This document shows, piece after piece, positions 35,179-48,300 of a stretch of 64,000 nucleotides of DNA. The position numbers and the translations under genes are program-made. This DNA comes from Octopus sinensis (lineage: Eukaryota), in assembly GCF_006345805.1 (NCBI RefSeq), contig NW_021824847.1:1-64000 (forward strand). The letters are read 5' to 3'. The notes beneath the pieces were generated by a model. That model saw nothing but the letters and a program-made list of their open reading frames with translations. It was not told the origin of the DNA and ran no database searches. Numbering within the stretch: the stretch's first letter is position 1; the number at the start of each line of letters is the position of its first letter.

Positions 35179-36422
35179 GGCATAGGTGTGGCTGTGCTTC
35201 CCAACCACATGGTCCAGGGTTCAGTCCCACTCCATGCCACCTTGCGCAATCGTCTTCTACTATAGCTTCGGGCCGACCAAAGCCTTGTGAGTGGATTTGG
35301 TACACAAAAACTGAAAGACACACACAAATAGATATATGTGTGTGTGTGTGTCTCTGCTTGTCCCCCACCGTTACTTGACAACCGGTGTTAGTGTGTTTAC
35401 ACCCCCATAACTTAGCAGTTTGGCAAAATAGGCCGACAGAATAAGTACCAGGCTTTAAAATATAAGTCCTGGGGTTGATTTGTTCGACTAAAACCCTTCA
35501 AGGCAGCAGCCAAATTGCTAAAACAAGAAAAGATAAAAGAAAAGATGATATATATATATATGTGGAGGCGCAATGGCCCAGTGGTTAGGGCAGCGGACTC
35601 ATGGTCGTAGGATCGCGGTTTTGATTCCCAGACCGGGTATTGGCATTGGGAGCAAGCTACTTACCACACAGCCACTTCTATGCCTATGACTAAAATTTAT
35701 TAACATACTACAGAGCATATAAACGAATCATTTACTTACAGATGGACAAATATTTTAGTTTTGTTTGAACCCTTTCGTTACCAATCTGGCTGAAACCACC
35801 TCTGGCTCTGTAATACAAATGTCTTGTTTCCATAAGTCTTCAATTAAAATCTTCTACCAAACCTTAGTCACAATTTATGTTCCTAACACTAGCTTAATGA
35901 TAACTAAGTTATTTTACTAAATTCTTTATTATATTTAAAATTAATTGAAAGAAACAGAGCATCTCAAAATAAATACAGTAACAAAAGGGTTAAAGACATT
36001 CAGTCAAATGTGTCTTCAATTTGCACAAGATTTGACTGCTATTTCTAACAAGTCCAAACAACTATGTGAAACAAAATCTGCAAATTAACCCTTTTCATAC
36101 CAACCCGGTTGATACCGCTTCTGGCTCTGTAGTACAAATGTCTTGTTTCCATAAGTTTTGAATTAAAATCTTCCACCAAACTTTAGTCACAATTTATGTT
36201 CCTAACACTAGCTGAATGATAACCAAGTTATTTTACTAAATTCTTTGTTATATTTAAAGTAATTGAAAGAAACACAGAGCATCTTAACAGAAATACAGTA
36301 ACGAAAGGGTTACTAATTCCAAGAAGAAAATGCCTGCAGCAAGGAAAACAAGGAACAACAACGAAACAGTGGAGACAAGAAGATCTGGTAAATGGTTAAA
36401 GAACAAAAATGCTCAAAGTTAC

Positions 36423-36503
36423 CTTCCAGGAATGTCAAATCAGCCTTTAGTAATTTTTGCATTTCAAACAAAGCAGAATGGTACTCAGCATTTATTTCAT
36501 CGT
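36423..36503 (-). CDS. Thioredoxin-domain protein, exon 2
   Basis: Polypyrimidine tract + CACAG acceptor, GAAG|GTAACT donor. 81 nt, phase 1/1: (Y)DEINAEYHSALFEMQKLLKADLTFLE. Confidence 0.88.
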
Positions 36504-36545
36504 CTGTGAGGAAAAAAAAAGACAAGCAAAAAACAAAAAAAGTCA

Positions 36546-37320
36546 TTTAAGAAGAATTGGCAGATAATAAGGAATGGTTAAAGCAGAGGTTCCCACCCAA
36601 GGTCCATAGAGCCCTGAGGGGGGTCTACATAAGATTTTATAGTTACTCTTTTACTCTTTTACTTGTTTCAGTCATTTAACTGAAGCCATGCTGGAGCACC
36701 GCCTTTAGTCAATCGAGCAAATTGACCCCAGGACTTATTCCTTTTAAGAAGAATTGGCAGATAATAAGGAATGGTTAAAGCAGAGGTTCCCACCCAAGGT
36801 CCATAGAGCCCTGGGGGGGGGTCTACATAAGATTTAATAGTTACTCTTTTACTCTTTTACTTGTTTCAGTCATTTGACTGAGGCCATGCTGGAGCACCGC
36901 CTTTAGTCAATCGAGCAAACTGACCCCAGGACTTATTCCTTTTAAGAAGAATTGGCAGATAATAAGGAATGGTTAAAGCAGAGGTTCTTACCCAGGGTCC
37001 ATAGAGCCCTGGGGGTGGGGTCTAACATAAGATTTTATAGTTACTCTTTTACTCTTTTACTTGTTTCAGTCATTTGACTGTGGCCATGCTGGAGCACCGC
37101 CTTTAGTCAATGGAGCAAACTGACCCCAGGACTTATTCTTTTTAAGAAGAATTGGTAGATAATAAGGAATGGTTAAAGCAGGGGTTCTCACCCAGGGTCC
37201 ATAGAGCCCTGGGGGTGGGGTCTAACACAAGATTTTATAGTTACTCTTTTACTCTTTTACTTGTTTCAGTCATTTGAATGCGGCCATGCTGGAGCACCGC
37301 CTTTAGTCAAGCAAATTGAC
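36546..37320. repeat. Four tandem ~198-bp units (unique DNA + SINE 3' end)
   Basis: TTTAAGAAGAATTGG starts at 36546, 36743, 36941 and 37141. Confidence 0.92.
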
Positions 37321-37458
37321 CCCAGGACTTATTCTTTGTAAGCCTAATATTTATTCTATCAGTCTCTTTTGCCGAACCGCTAAGTTATGGGGACGTAAAA
37401 ACACCAGCATCGGTTGTCAAGCGATGTTGAGGGGACAAACACAGACACACAAACACAT

Positions 37459-37499
<41 letters not shown>

Positions 37500-39789
37500 T
37501 ATATATATATACATATATACGACAGGCTTCTTTCAGTTTCCGTCTACCAAATCCATTCTCAAGGCTCCAGCATGGCCACAGTCACATGACTGAAACAAGA
37601 GTAAAAGAGATGAGTAATAAGGAAATGATGTGGGAGTGTGGGGGAGAGAAGAGATGGACGGTGACAGCAATGGAGATCCAGAGGCATACATAAGGGAGGA
37701 AGGGCATCGATGGCAGATATGAGAGGGTTTTTCAGGGTAAAGAAGCATTCTGAAGTAGTGAGGGATGATATTGAGAGTATAGAATGGGTGTTAAAGGAAG
37801 TGGCTCCAAAACAAGGGATAACTGGTAACATGAAAATGGGGATGGAATATGTGCAGTTCTGCTTTCATATACCATATTTTAATGTGTATAATGAATCCCC
37901 TAATTTTGGTGGGTCTTAAAATCTGGAAAGAAAGGTTTTGACAGAAAAGGAGGATCTTTTCGGTTTGATCGGCAGTTTTTAACATAATTTCCATGTAACT
38001 AAAGTATTTTAAACTTCGTATACTGGTAGAATGTGTTTATAAAACATCTTTTTCTCTTGGCTTTATTGAGAAAATTCTATAGTTTGTAAGATATGACGTC
38101 CATTGAGGTAAAAAAAACATTCTGTGCCGTATGAATATGTCCCTCGTTTAAGAAACAGATTGGGTTTATTTATATTTCTTAAGAAAAAAAAGATACCCTT
38201 CCCCCCACCCCTAACCCTCACCCTAAAACAGATTGAAATGCAATAGATCGATACTAGGGTCATAATTATGGGTGACAATTTCATATGACACCACTAGAAA
38301 AAACTGCTGTTCAAACTGAAAAGATCCAAAAAGGGTTCCTTATCTTTATATATAAAAGTAAGGTTGTGTGTCTGTCTCCTCCGATTTAGATTCCTAACAA
38401 CTCCCACATTTTGCGGTGCAGTTTAACCAAAACCGGTATCTTATAGTCGTGATTCATATCGAGCCCTTCTGGGTATTAGCACGCATCTACAATGAGTCTA
38501 TGATTTAAAAAAAAATTTACCATCATTTTTTTCCATTTTAATGCATTTTTTCGCTATTATATAAGGGAAGTAACTCTCTAAAAATGTCTATGATGAGTCA
38601 ACGATTTAAAAAAAAATTTACCATCATTTTTTTTTCCATTTTTAATGCATTTTTTTGTTATCTTTTGACTATAACTCTCTAAAAATGCTTATATAGTTAT
38701 TTCCCTTGCAAACCCGAGCAACGCCGGGTGATACTGCTGGTATATGTTAAAATAGAAGGTATTCAAAAGTCTCCATACATAGGAACAATTTATTTTTTTT
38801 ATGAGAAACAGTTTATAAGAATAGTTTTTTTCAAAAAATTTAACAAGCTCTATATTGTTACCATTGTTTTGAATACACATTGCAATACGTTACCCCACTC
38901 ATTGTGAACTCGTAATAGCACATCTGGTAATACCTGTTGTCATTGATATATGGAGACCTTTGAATCACCCTGTACACTAATTATTGCACCTATGAAAGAG
39001 AAACAATCTTCTAAGTGCTCTTAGTATTTACCAATCTTGCATATCTTCCATAAAGTCTACTTTCTCTATTAATATTCCCGTGATTCCACTGAGCTTCTTA
39101 TGGGTCTACAGTTTGCACCAGACACCACCATACATAATTATTTTCAACACCCCTACATACAGGCGCAGGAGTGGCTGTGTGGTAAGTAGCTTGTTTACCA
39201 ACCACATGGTTCCAAGTTCAGTCCCACTGCGTGGCACCTTGGGCAAGTGTCTTCTACTATAGCCTTGTGAGTGGATTTGGTAGACGGAAACTGAAAGAAG
39301 CCTGTCGTATATATGTATATATATGTATGTGTGTGTATAAGTTTGTGTGTCTGTGTTTGTTCCCCTAGCATTGCTTGACTACCGATGCTGGGGTGTTTAT
39401 GTCCCCGTTACTTAGCGGTTCGGCAAAAGAGACCGATAGAATAAGTACTGGGCTTACAAAAGAATAAGTCCCAGGGTCGAGTTGCTCGATTAAAGGTGGT
39501 GCTCCAGCATGGCCACAGTCAAATGACTGAAACAAGTAAAACAGTAAAGAGAGAGTATAGAACAGGACCATTTTCATGACAAGATTAGTGGTTTGCCTGT
39601 TTTCCTGCTTATAATAACTTTGGTTTTTACTAAGACAACTTTCAGGCCCTTTTTCAGGCGACTTTTGAACACCTTCTATTTTAACATATATAAGGAACCC
39701 TTTTCTGTCAAAACCTTTCTTTCCAGATTTTCAGCCCCCAAAATTAGGGGATTCATTATACACGTTAAAGTATGGTATATGAAAGCAGA

Positions 39790-39960
39790 ACCTGAAATTT
39801 CTTTTCTAATTGTATTACAGATTCAGCTATAAGAACAAAGTTATCAGCATAGTGCGGCTCCCATAGACAACCAGTTTTAAACTCCTTTGTTATGGCCCGG
39901 AGGACAATGATAAACAGGAAGGCGTTGGGAGCTGTGTCCTGGTGAAATTCTACCTTCATG
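39790..39960 (-). mobile_element. RTE reverse transcriptase fragment
   Basis: VEFHQDTAPNAFLFIIVLRAITKEFKTGCLWEPHYADNFVLIAES is a decayed HQGS.LSP.LF...YADD region. Confidence 0.8.
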
Positions 39961-40555
39961 CTAAGAGCACCATCCGAGTGTGATCGTTACCAACGTCGCC
40001 TTACTGGCACCTGTGCCGGTGGCATGTGTAAAAAGATTTGAGCGAGGTCATTGCCAGTACCGCCTAACTGGCCCTCGTGCCGGTGACACGTAAAAAGTAC
40101 CCACTATACTCTCGGAGTGGTTGGCGTTAGGAAGAGCATCCAGCTGTAGAAACTCTGCCAAATCAAGATTGGAGCCTGGTGCAGCCATCTGGTTCGCCAG
40201 CCCTCAGTCAAAATCGTCCAACCCATGCTAGCATGGAAAGCAGACGTTAAACAATGATGATGATGCTAGTTTGTTGTGTACTCATTGCTAATTCTCTCCT
40301 TACTGACCACATCCCTGCATATGGCTCGGACAGCTCTTACCAGCCATTGACCTATTTCTAGCTCTTGCACTGTCCACCAGATCAGGGAGCAAGGGGCCTT
40401 GTTGAAGGCTTTCTCCAGGATGATGGAAACTAAATATAGTGGCTAAATATTTCTGTGGTTACCTTACTAGGAAGACATCATGAGCAGTGTCTCCCTGGCA
40501 CAAAAACCAAACTGCATCTCACCTAAGTTAATTCTCTTTCCTAATTAATTCATAT

Positions 40556-40890
40556 CAACTCATGGCTCAGTGGTTACAGCGTCAAACTTACAATCGTGAA
40601 GTTGTGAGTTCAAATCCCAGACCAGGCTGTGTGTTGTGTTCTCAAGCAAGATACTTTATTTCACGTTGCTCCAGTTCACTCACCTGTAGAAATGAGTTGC
40701 GACGTCACAGGTGCCAAGCTGTATCGGCCCTTTTGCCTTTCCCTTGGATAACATCGGTGGCGTGGAGAGGCAAGGCTAGTGTGCATGGGCAACTGTTGGT
40801 CTTCCATAAACAACCTTGCCCGGACTTGTGCCTTGGAGGGTAACTTTCTAGGTGCAATCCCATGGTCAGTCATGACCGAAGGGGGTCTCA
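40556..40890 (+). mobile_element. tRNA-headed CORE-like SINE
   Basis: GGCTCAGTGGTTA..GTTGTGAGTTCAAATCCC head followed by TGTGTTGTGTTCTCAAGCAAGATACTTTATTTCACGTTGCTCCAG. Confidence 0.65.
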
Positions 40891-41402
40891 GCTCAGCTCA
40901 GCTATTATCACACCCACTCAATTAAGGGGTCTTTATTGTGTTGTGAGTAAATTGGTGACCTCCCCGGGACTGCTGATGTCATGCAAAAAGCACCCAGTAA
41001 AATGAAAGTCCTTAGGAAAAGTATTGAGCCCTTGAAAACATGCCAACACAGACATTGGAGCTAAACACAGTCTTTCAGAGCATCAAATCCTATCAAACTG
41101 TCCAAAACGCTGCCAACATGGAAGTCAGATGTTCAATGATGATGACAGTGGTGATGATGAAGTTTGTGTGTATCTAAACATATATATATATGGAAATTGT
41201 AATTAAGATACCCATGCTGGTGACACCAATCGGAGTGGTTGGCATTAGGAAGGGCATCCAGCTGTAGAAACATTGCCAGATCAGACTGGGCCTGGTGCAG
41301 TCTCCTGACTTCCCAGACCCCGGTCGAACTGTCAAACCCATGCTAGCATGGAAACGGACGTTAAACGATGATGATGATGATATATATATATATATATGTT
41401 GG

Positions 41403-42240
41403 GCCTAAGAGGCATCAGATGTTGTGTGCAAGAGAGACTTTTGCGCTGGTATGGTCATGTGGCGAGAATGGACGAAGATAGGTGTGTGAAAAAGTGCCAC
41501 ACCCTGGCAGTTGAGGGGACCTGTGGAAGAGGTAACCCAGGAAAACCTGGGTCGAGGTGGTGAACACGACCTTCGAACTCTAGGTCTCACCAGGAAATGC
41601 TGACCTATGGAAGTATGCTGTGCGTGAGAAGACCCGGCAAGACCAGTGAGAACAATCGTCCGCTGCCAGCCTCGTCTGGCACCTGTGTCGGTGATACGTA
41701 AAAGCTCCATTCACTCGTGGCCGTTTGCCAGCTCTGTCTGGCCCCTGTGTCGGTGGCATGTAAAAGCACCATCCGTATGTGTTCGTTGCCAGCCTCGGCT
41801 GGCCCCCGTGCCGGTGACATGTAAAAGCACCGTCCATTCGTGGCCGTTTACCAGCTCTGTCTGGCCCCGTGCCGGTGACACGTAAAAGCACCATCCGCTC
41901 GTGTGCGTTGCCAGCCTCGGCTGGCCCCCGTGCCGGTGACACGTGAAAGCACCATCCGTTCGTGTTCGTTGCCAGCCTCGGCTGGCCCCCGTGCCGGTGA
42001 CACGTAAAAGCACCATCCGTTCATGGCCGTTGTGCCAGCTCTGTCTGCAACCTGCAGGTGGCACGTAAAAAACACCCACGACACTCGCGGAGTGGTTGGC
42101 GTTAGGAAGGGCATCCAGCCGTAGAACACTGCCAAATCACTGGGCCTGATGAAGCCTTCCGGCTTCACAGACCCCAGTTAAACCGTCCAACCCATGCTAG
42201 CATGGAAAACGGACGCTAAATGATGATGATGATGATGATG
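41403..42240 (+). mobile_element. RTE LINE 3' end with expanded ~61-bp UTR minisatellite
   Basis: LLRWYGHVARMDEDRCVKKCHTLAVEG... then about 7 units of GTGCCGGTGRCACGTAAAAGCACCATCCG..., ending in GATGATGAT. Confidence 0.88.
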
Positions 42241-42849
42241 ATACACATACACACACATACAACTCTCTCTCTCTATATATAGTGCATCCAGCTGTAGAAA
42301 CTATGCCAAGTCAAGATTGGAGCCTGGTGCAGCCATCTGGTTTGCCAGCTCCCAGGCAAAATCGTCCAACCTATGCTAGCATGGAAAGCGGACGTTAAAC
42401 GATGATGATGATGATATATATATATATATACACACACACACTTTTGTGTAGATTGTTTATCCACAAAATGCTGTGTCCAGCACTCATTCTTACTGTGTAT
42501 ATATAATATATATATATATATATATATGGAATTTGTAGTTGTGGTACCAGTGCCGGTGATACATAAGAGAACCATCCGAACGTGGCCGTTGCCAGCACCG
42601 CATCGACTGGCCTCCGTGCCGGAGGCACGTAAAAAGCACCATCCGAGCATGGCCGTTCGCCAGCCTCATCTGGCACCTGTGTCGGTGGCACATAAAAAGC
42701 ACCCACTACACTCACGGAGTGGTTGGCGTTAGGAAGGGCATCCAGCTGTAGAAACACCGCCAGATATGACTGGGCCTGGTGGAGCCTTCGGGCTTCCCAG
42801 ACCCCAGTTGAACCGGAAAAGCATGGAAAGCGGACGTTAAACGATGATG

Positions 42850-42888
<39 letters not shown>

Positions 42889-43144
42889 TATATATAAGTA
42901 GGTATGTTGATAGATAGATACATACATATACATAGAAAGAGAGAGAGAGTAGGTTTGCAAATGTGAGAGGGATATAAGGGATTCATACATAAGCGTGTTC
43001 TCATACATTACAGAGATTTCAATGACAGTTTGAGTTCCAAGTTTTGCGATCGCAGAGCGAGAAAGTCGAGTAATGGTTAACATTACTTTCTATTACTCTC
43101 TCTCTCTCCATGTGTCTGTCTGTCTCCGTACACACACACACATA

Positions 43145-43205
<61 letters not shown>

Positions 43206-43981
43206 ATCTTACCATTAACTTATAATTGTGGAATTTTATGCATGATATTATTATATCGCTGTAATCTATAAGATATATATTATCGTTGGATTCGACCCCC
43301 CAAACAAGCAATCAAATGTGATGACACATGCAGTGATGTCTACACGCATAGCATTCGTAGGATGTCGTATTTATGGTTATACATAATTTATAAACACACT
43401 GGGTGGTTCTGATTTCCAGAGTCATCAGTTTTTCATCCACAGACTTAACTGATTAATTATAATAGCTAGCTAGGCCTTGAAACAAAATGCGCAGATCGCA
43501 TTATATCTTGTATGTTTTGTAATAAAGAGGAAAATAAATGCCTTAGCTAGACAGATAAGCAAAGAGCTAAGTGAGCAAGTGATAAATAATATATTTGTTT
43601 TCTCTGCTCACTCCCGCCTTCTGCAATGTAAGCTAGCCATAGCTCCCCGTCTCCGCCCTCATCGCTATAGCAATTGCCGCAGAACCAAGGGACGTAACTC
43701 AAGATTGCTTACCTTTTTTTTGGTTCTTTTTCTTTTTCTTTTTTTTTTCTCCTAATGTCTCCACAGCAGCAATATAAATATATAAACAAGAGGAATGGGG
43801 GACGGAATGGATAGGAATATACCAGAATAGGAGAATAGGAATAGCGGAATGAAGTGAGAATTATTATTTTCCTTAGCAGGTGCTGTCTACTAAAGTGTTG
43901 CGAACAATAGCAACATACATACACGCACGCACCTACGTGTCTTTATACGCACATGTATAATATACATTCACACACACACAC

Positions 43982-44055
<74 letters not shown>

Positions 44056-44759
44056 GTGCATACATGCAGCTACTTAAACGTTTACACAAAAACATATTAC
44101 AAAACAAAACATAAATAAAAAATAGTCTTCCAACTAATCTCAATACTTCGTCTTTGTAGCTTTGTAGGGGGTGGGGGGAAAGGGTACATAATCGGTCGAA
44201 GTGACCGCAGTTTCTTACTGGTATTTATTTTATTTATCCCCAAAACACTGAAGAATGAATTAGTTAAAGTAAAAACGACAACAGATTTTGAAATCAGCGC
44301 AATGAGTCAGTCCGCCCATTTCTAATAATATCAATGTCTTAATTGTTTTTTTTAATTAGGCAGCAAAACCCCCCCAGAATTTATAATGCAAGGGGGGATG
44401 AGTTTGTATGAGGTGTGTGACATTTACAACATTAGTTATATTAAATTAAGAGATCCACCAGAAATCGAAACCGTGTTCGTAGAATTCGGGAACTAACGTA
44501 AACGATAATGTTTCCTCTCTGCCAAAACCTCCAAAATTTACAAGGGAGAAGAATGAAATTTTTCAACTTTCAGTTCTTTTTTAAAAGAGATAATAGCGAC
44601 AGAAGCGAAATAGCTACAATCAAATCACAAACTCAGTTTGTTTAAAAAAAAAAAAAAGAATGCTATATTAATTGATCATAATTAAAAAAAAAAAAAAACC
44701 CGGCTCCGGGAGAACTAATTGGATGTATGTATACAGGTCGGATTGGTTTTGGTACTTAC

Positions 44760-44913
44760 AAATAAGAATCAAGGAGTGTTGAGATGTGATGAAGCTGTGC
44801 ATGCTGTTTGGCGTGACATCTTCGATAATTCGAAGGCCTTCTCGAGATGCAATGGTTCGGAATAGCGTGGAAAATGCCAGGAGTAACGTTGGCCAGCCTA
44901 AGTAGGTTGCCAT
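44760..44913 (-). CDS. Thioredoxin-domain ER membrane protein (PDI/TMX-like), coding exon 1 of 9
   Basis: ATG in ACAAC-ATG-G context. Encodes MATYLGWPTLLLAFSTLFRTIAS (signal-peptide-like) then REGLRIIEDVTPNSMHSFITSQHSLILI. Ends at T|GTAAGT donor (phase 1). Lies in a CpG-rich region. Confidence 0.9.
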
Positions 44914-45310
44914 GTTGTAAAAGACCGAGTATTCACAAGAGACTCGACACCGGTAGACAGACAGCAGACGTGACACCGGTGCACGGAAAGGAGGCGGCAG
45001 CGACTATCATAAATAACAACAATAGTAGCAGCAGCAGCAGCAGTAGAAACAGTACTAGCAGTAGTAGTAGTCGCAGTAGCAGTAGCGGTGACGTACCTGA
45101 TCTGTCGTAATAATGTCCCCTTCATCGATTCAATTAATCATCGCTTATCGAACTTCCAGTGTCCTCTCTCTCTTCCCCCCCCCCCTTTTTCATGCGCATT
45201 CCATCAATAAATAAATAAAATTGTCAGCTCAGACGAGATTGACGCAGTTTTGTGGGAAGCAAAAACGGCAACACGCAGACAGAAATGTCTTGTTGACAGG
45301 GATTGACACA
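44914..45310 (-). promoter_or_regulatory. Probable 5' UTR/promoter region of the thioredoxin-domain gene
   Basis: Local CpG and GC enrichment directly upstream of the ATG. Candidate 93-nt UTR intron CAG|GTACGT (45096) to TTTATGATAG| (45004). Confidence 0.45.
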
Positions 45311-48300
45311 AAAGGTAGACACACACTGTTTGTTGTTGCTGCTGTTTAGCCCCAGGTCAGTCCTGACTGAGTCGACCTAGGATCTTTTCTGTTTGAACGG
45401 CAGTTTTTTCTAGCGGTTTACACGTAACTAAACACTTTTAAACTTCGTATACTGGTAGAATGTGTTTATAAAACATCTTTTTCTCTTGGCTTTATTGAGA
45501 AAATTCTATAGTTTGTAAGATATTTGTTGTTTTTTTTTTTCTGCAATTTCAACAAATCAATGGCGTCTATTGAGGTGAAAACATTCTATGCCGTTTAAGA
45601 AACAGATTGGGTTTATTTACATTTGTGAAGAAAAAAGTGATCTTTTCGGTTTGACCGGCAGTTTTTAAAAATGATTTCCACGTAACTTAAACACTTTTAA
45701 ACTTCGTATACTAGTAGAATGTGTTTACAAAACATCTTTTTCTCTTGGCTTTATTGAGAAAATTCTATAGTTTGTAAGATATTTGTTGGTTTGTTTTTTT
45801 CTTCAATTTCTGCAATTTCAACCAATCAATGGCGTCTATTGAGGTGAAAACATTCTATGCCGTTTAAGAAACAGATTGGGTTTATTTACATTTGTGAAGA
45901 AAAAAGTGATCTTTTCGTTTTGAACGGCAGTTTTTTCTAGCGGTATTATATGAAATTGTCACCTATAATTATGACCCTAGTATCGATCTATTGCATTTCA
46001 ATCTGTTTTAGGATTAGGGTTAGGGGTGGGGGGAAGAGTATCTTTTTTTCGGATCTTTTCGGTTTGAACGGCAGTTTTTAAAAATAATTTCCACGTAACT
46101 AAACACTTTTAAACTTCGTATACTGGTAGAATGTGTTTATAAAACATATTTTTCTCTTGGCTTTATTGAGAAAATTCTATGGTTTGTAAGATATTTGTTT
46201 TTTTGTTTTTTTTCCCATTTCTGCAATTTCAACCAATCAGTGGCGTCTATTGGGGTGAAAACATTCTATGCCGTATGAATATGTCTCTCGTTTAAGAAAC
46301 ACATTGGGTTTATTTACATTTCTGAAGAAAGAAAGATACCCTTCCCCCCACCCCTAACCAACCCTAACCCTAAAACAGATTGAAATGCAATAGATCGATA
46401 CTAGGGTCATAATTATAGGTGACATTTTCATATGACACCGCTAGAAAAAACTGCCGTTCAAACGGAAAAGATCCTAGACCTATACTGAGAGACATTACAA
46501 CCGAGAACATCCACTTTGTATATCTAGCATTGCATTGTTCAATATGTCCTTCCTGTTTTGTGGTACCAAAAGGCGGTGGGGTGGGGGTGTTATTATTCTT
46601 TTTTTTTTCCTTTTACATGTTTCAGTCATTTGACTGCGGCCATGCTGGAGCACCGCCTTTAGTCGAGCAAATCGACCCTAGGACTTATTCTTGTGTAAGC
46701 CCAGTACTTATTCTATCGGTCTGTTTTGCCGAACCGCTAAGTGACGGGGACGTAAACACACCAGCATCGGTTGTCAAGCAATGCTAGGGGGACAAACACA
46801 GACACACAAACACACACATACATACATATATATATACATATATACGACAGGCTTCTTTCAGTTTCCGTCTACCAAATCCACTCACAAGGCATTGGTCGGC
46901 CCGGGGCTATAACAGAAGACACTTGCCCAAGATGCCACGCAGTGGGGATGAACCCGGAACCATGTGGTTGGTTAGCAAGCTACTTACCACACAGCCACTC
47001 CTGCGCCTATGCTACTTTTTCCAGCAGATCGAGCGATCGCATGCATCTTTCTCGATGTATTCCGGCGTAGCTGTTCTTTCGCTTCAGACCAGCCCTGACC
47101 GAGCAATCCCAAGACTAAGGCATTCCCGTTTTATTTAAGAGTATGTAGAACTACATTATCTAATGTGTTCTTTCATTATGATTTCAAGGAGATTTGGCTG
47201 CAATTTCTAGCACACTGGACGACTATTTAGAGGCTTATTCTTTCATCCAACTGTTCTGCGATCCAAGACGATCCATTTGTGACTGTCTTTTACTCAGACA
47301 TGGTGTAACTATGACTTCATCATCATCCCTTGTGTTTTTATTTTTAAAAATTTTATGGTGGTTTGGCGTAATTTAAGGGTGAGTTCACAGTTAGGATCTT
47401 TTCGGTTTGAACGGCAGTTTTTTAAAATAATTTCCACGTAACTAAACACTTTTAAACTTCGTATACTGGTAGAATGTGTTTATAAAACATCTTTTTCTCT
47501 TGGCTTTATTGAGAAAATTCTATAGTTTGTAAGATATTTGTTGTTTTTTTTTCTTCAATTTCTGCAATTTCAACCAATCAATGACCGTCTATTGAGGTGA
47601 AAACATTCTGTGCCGTATGAAAATGCTCCTCGTTTAAGAAACAGATTGGGTTTATTTACATTTCTGAAGAAAAAAATATACCCTTCCCCCCACCCCTAAC
47701 CCTAACTCTAACCATAACCCTAAAATAGATTGAAATGCAATAGATCGATACTAGGGTCATAATTATGGGTAACTATTTCATATGACACCGCTAGAAAAAA
47801 CTGCCGTTCAAACCGAAGTGATCCCTCAGTTATTCCTGGCCAAGTTTTTGATAGGGGTTTCGAGTGAGATTATCTAGATAGGAAAAGGGAGGACAAATCG
47901 TTAGGTTTAATTAAACATGAACGTTTTCGAAATTTCTAAATTTGTTCAAATCGTAGCAAACAATATGTCTGTAGAGTTGTCTCCATTGCTTTAATGCAAT
48001 AGTCGGTGCATAAACGACGATAACATTTTCACTAGTTTTATACCCCGAACAATAACATGCAGTTCGACGATATATATGTAGTGGATCTTGCAAACATGAA
48101 GTGGATTCGATCCACCATAGCCAAATTTAAACTCTGCAACAGAACTTTTCCCACAGTGGAACAATGGTTTTTCTTTGACAGCAGTTTTACATTTTCCAGA
48201 TGCCTTTAGCTAGGCCGAAATAATGTCTTCGCCACTTGACCCACCCTTTCTAACTCCTTATACTTTACCAAAAGCTAGAATAGAGATAACAAGATCACCA

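Noticed and set aside
42140-42175. CTGATGA-AGCC-TTCC-GGCT as hammerhead
   Set aside because: No GAAA; it is a mutated position of the RTE 3' UTR (consensus CTGGTGCAGCC).
43400-43440. CTGATGA on the - strand with adjacent hairpin
   Set aside because: GAAC instead of GAAA and no NUH with stem I pairing.
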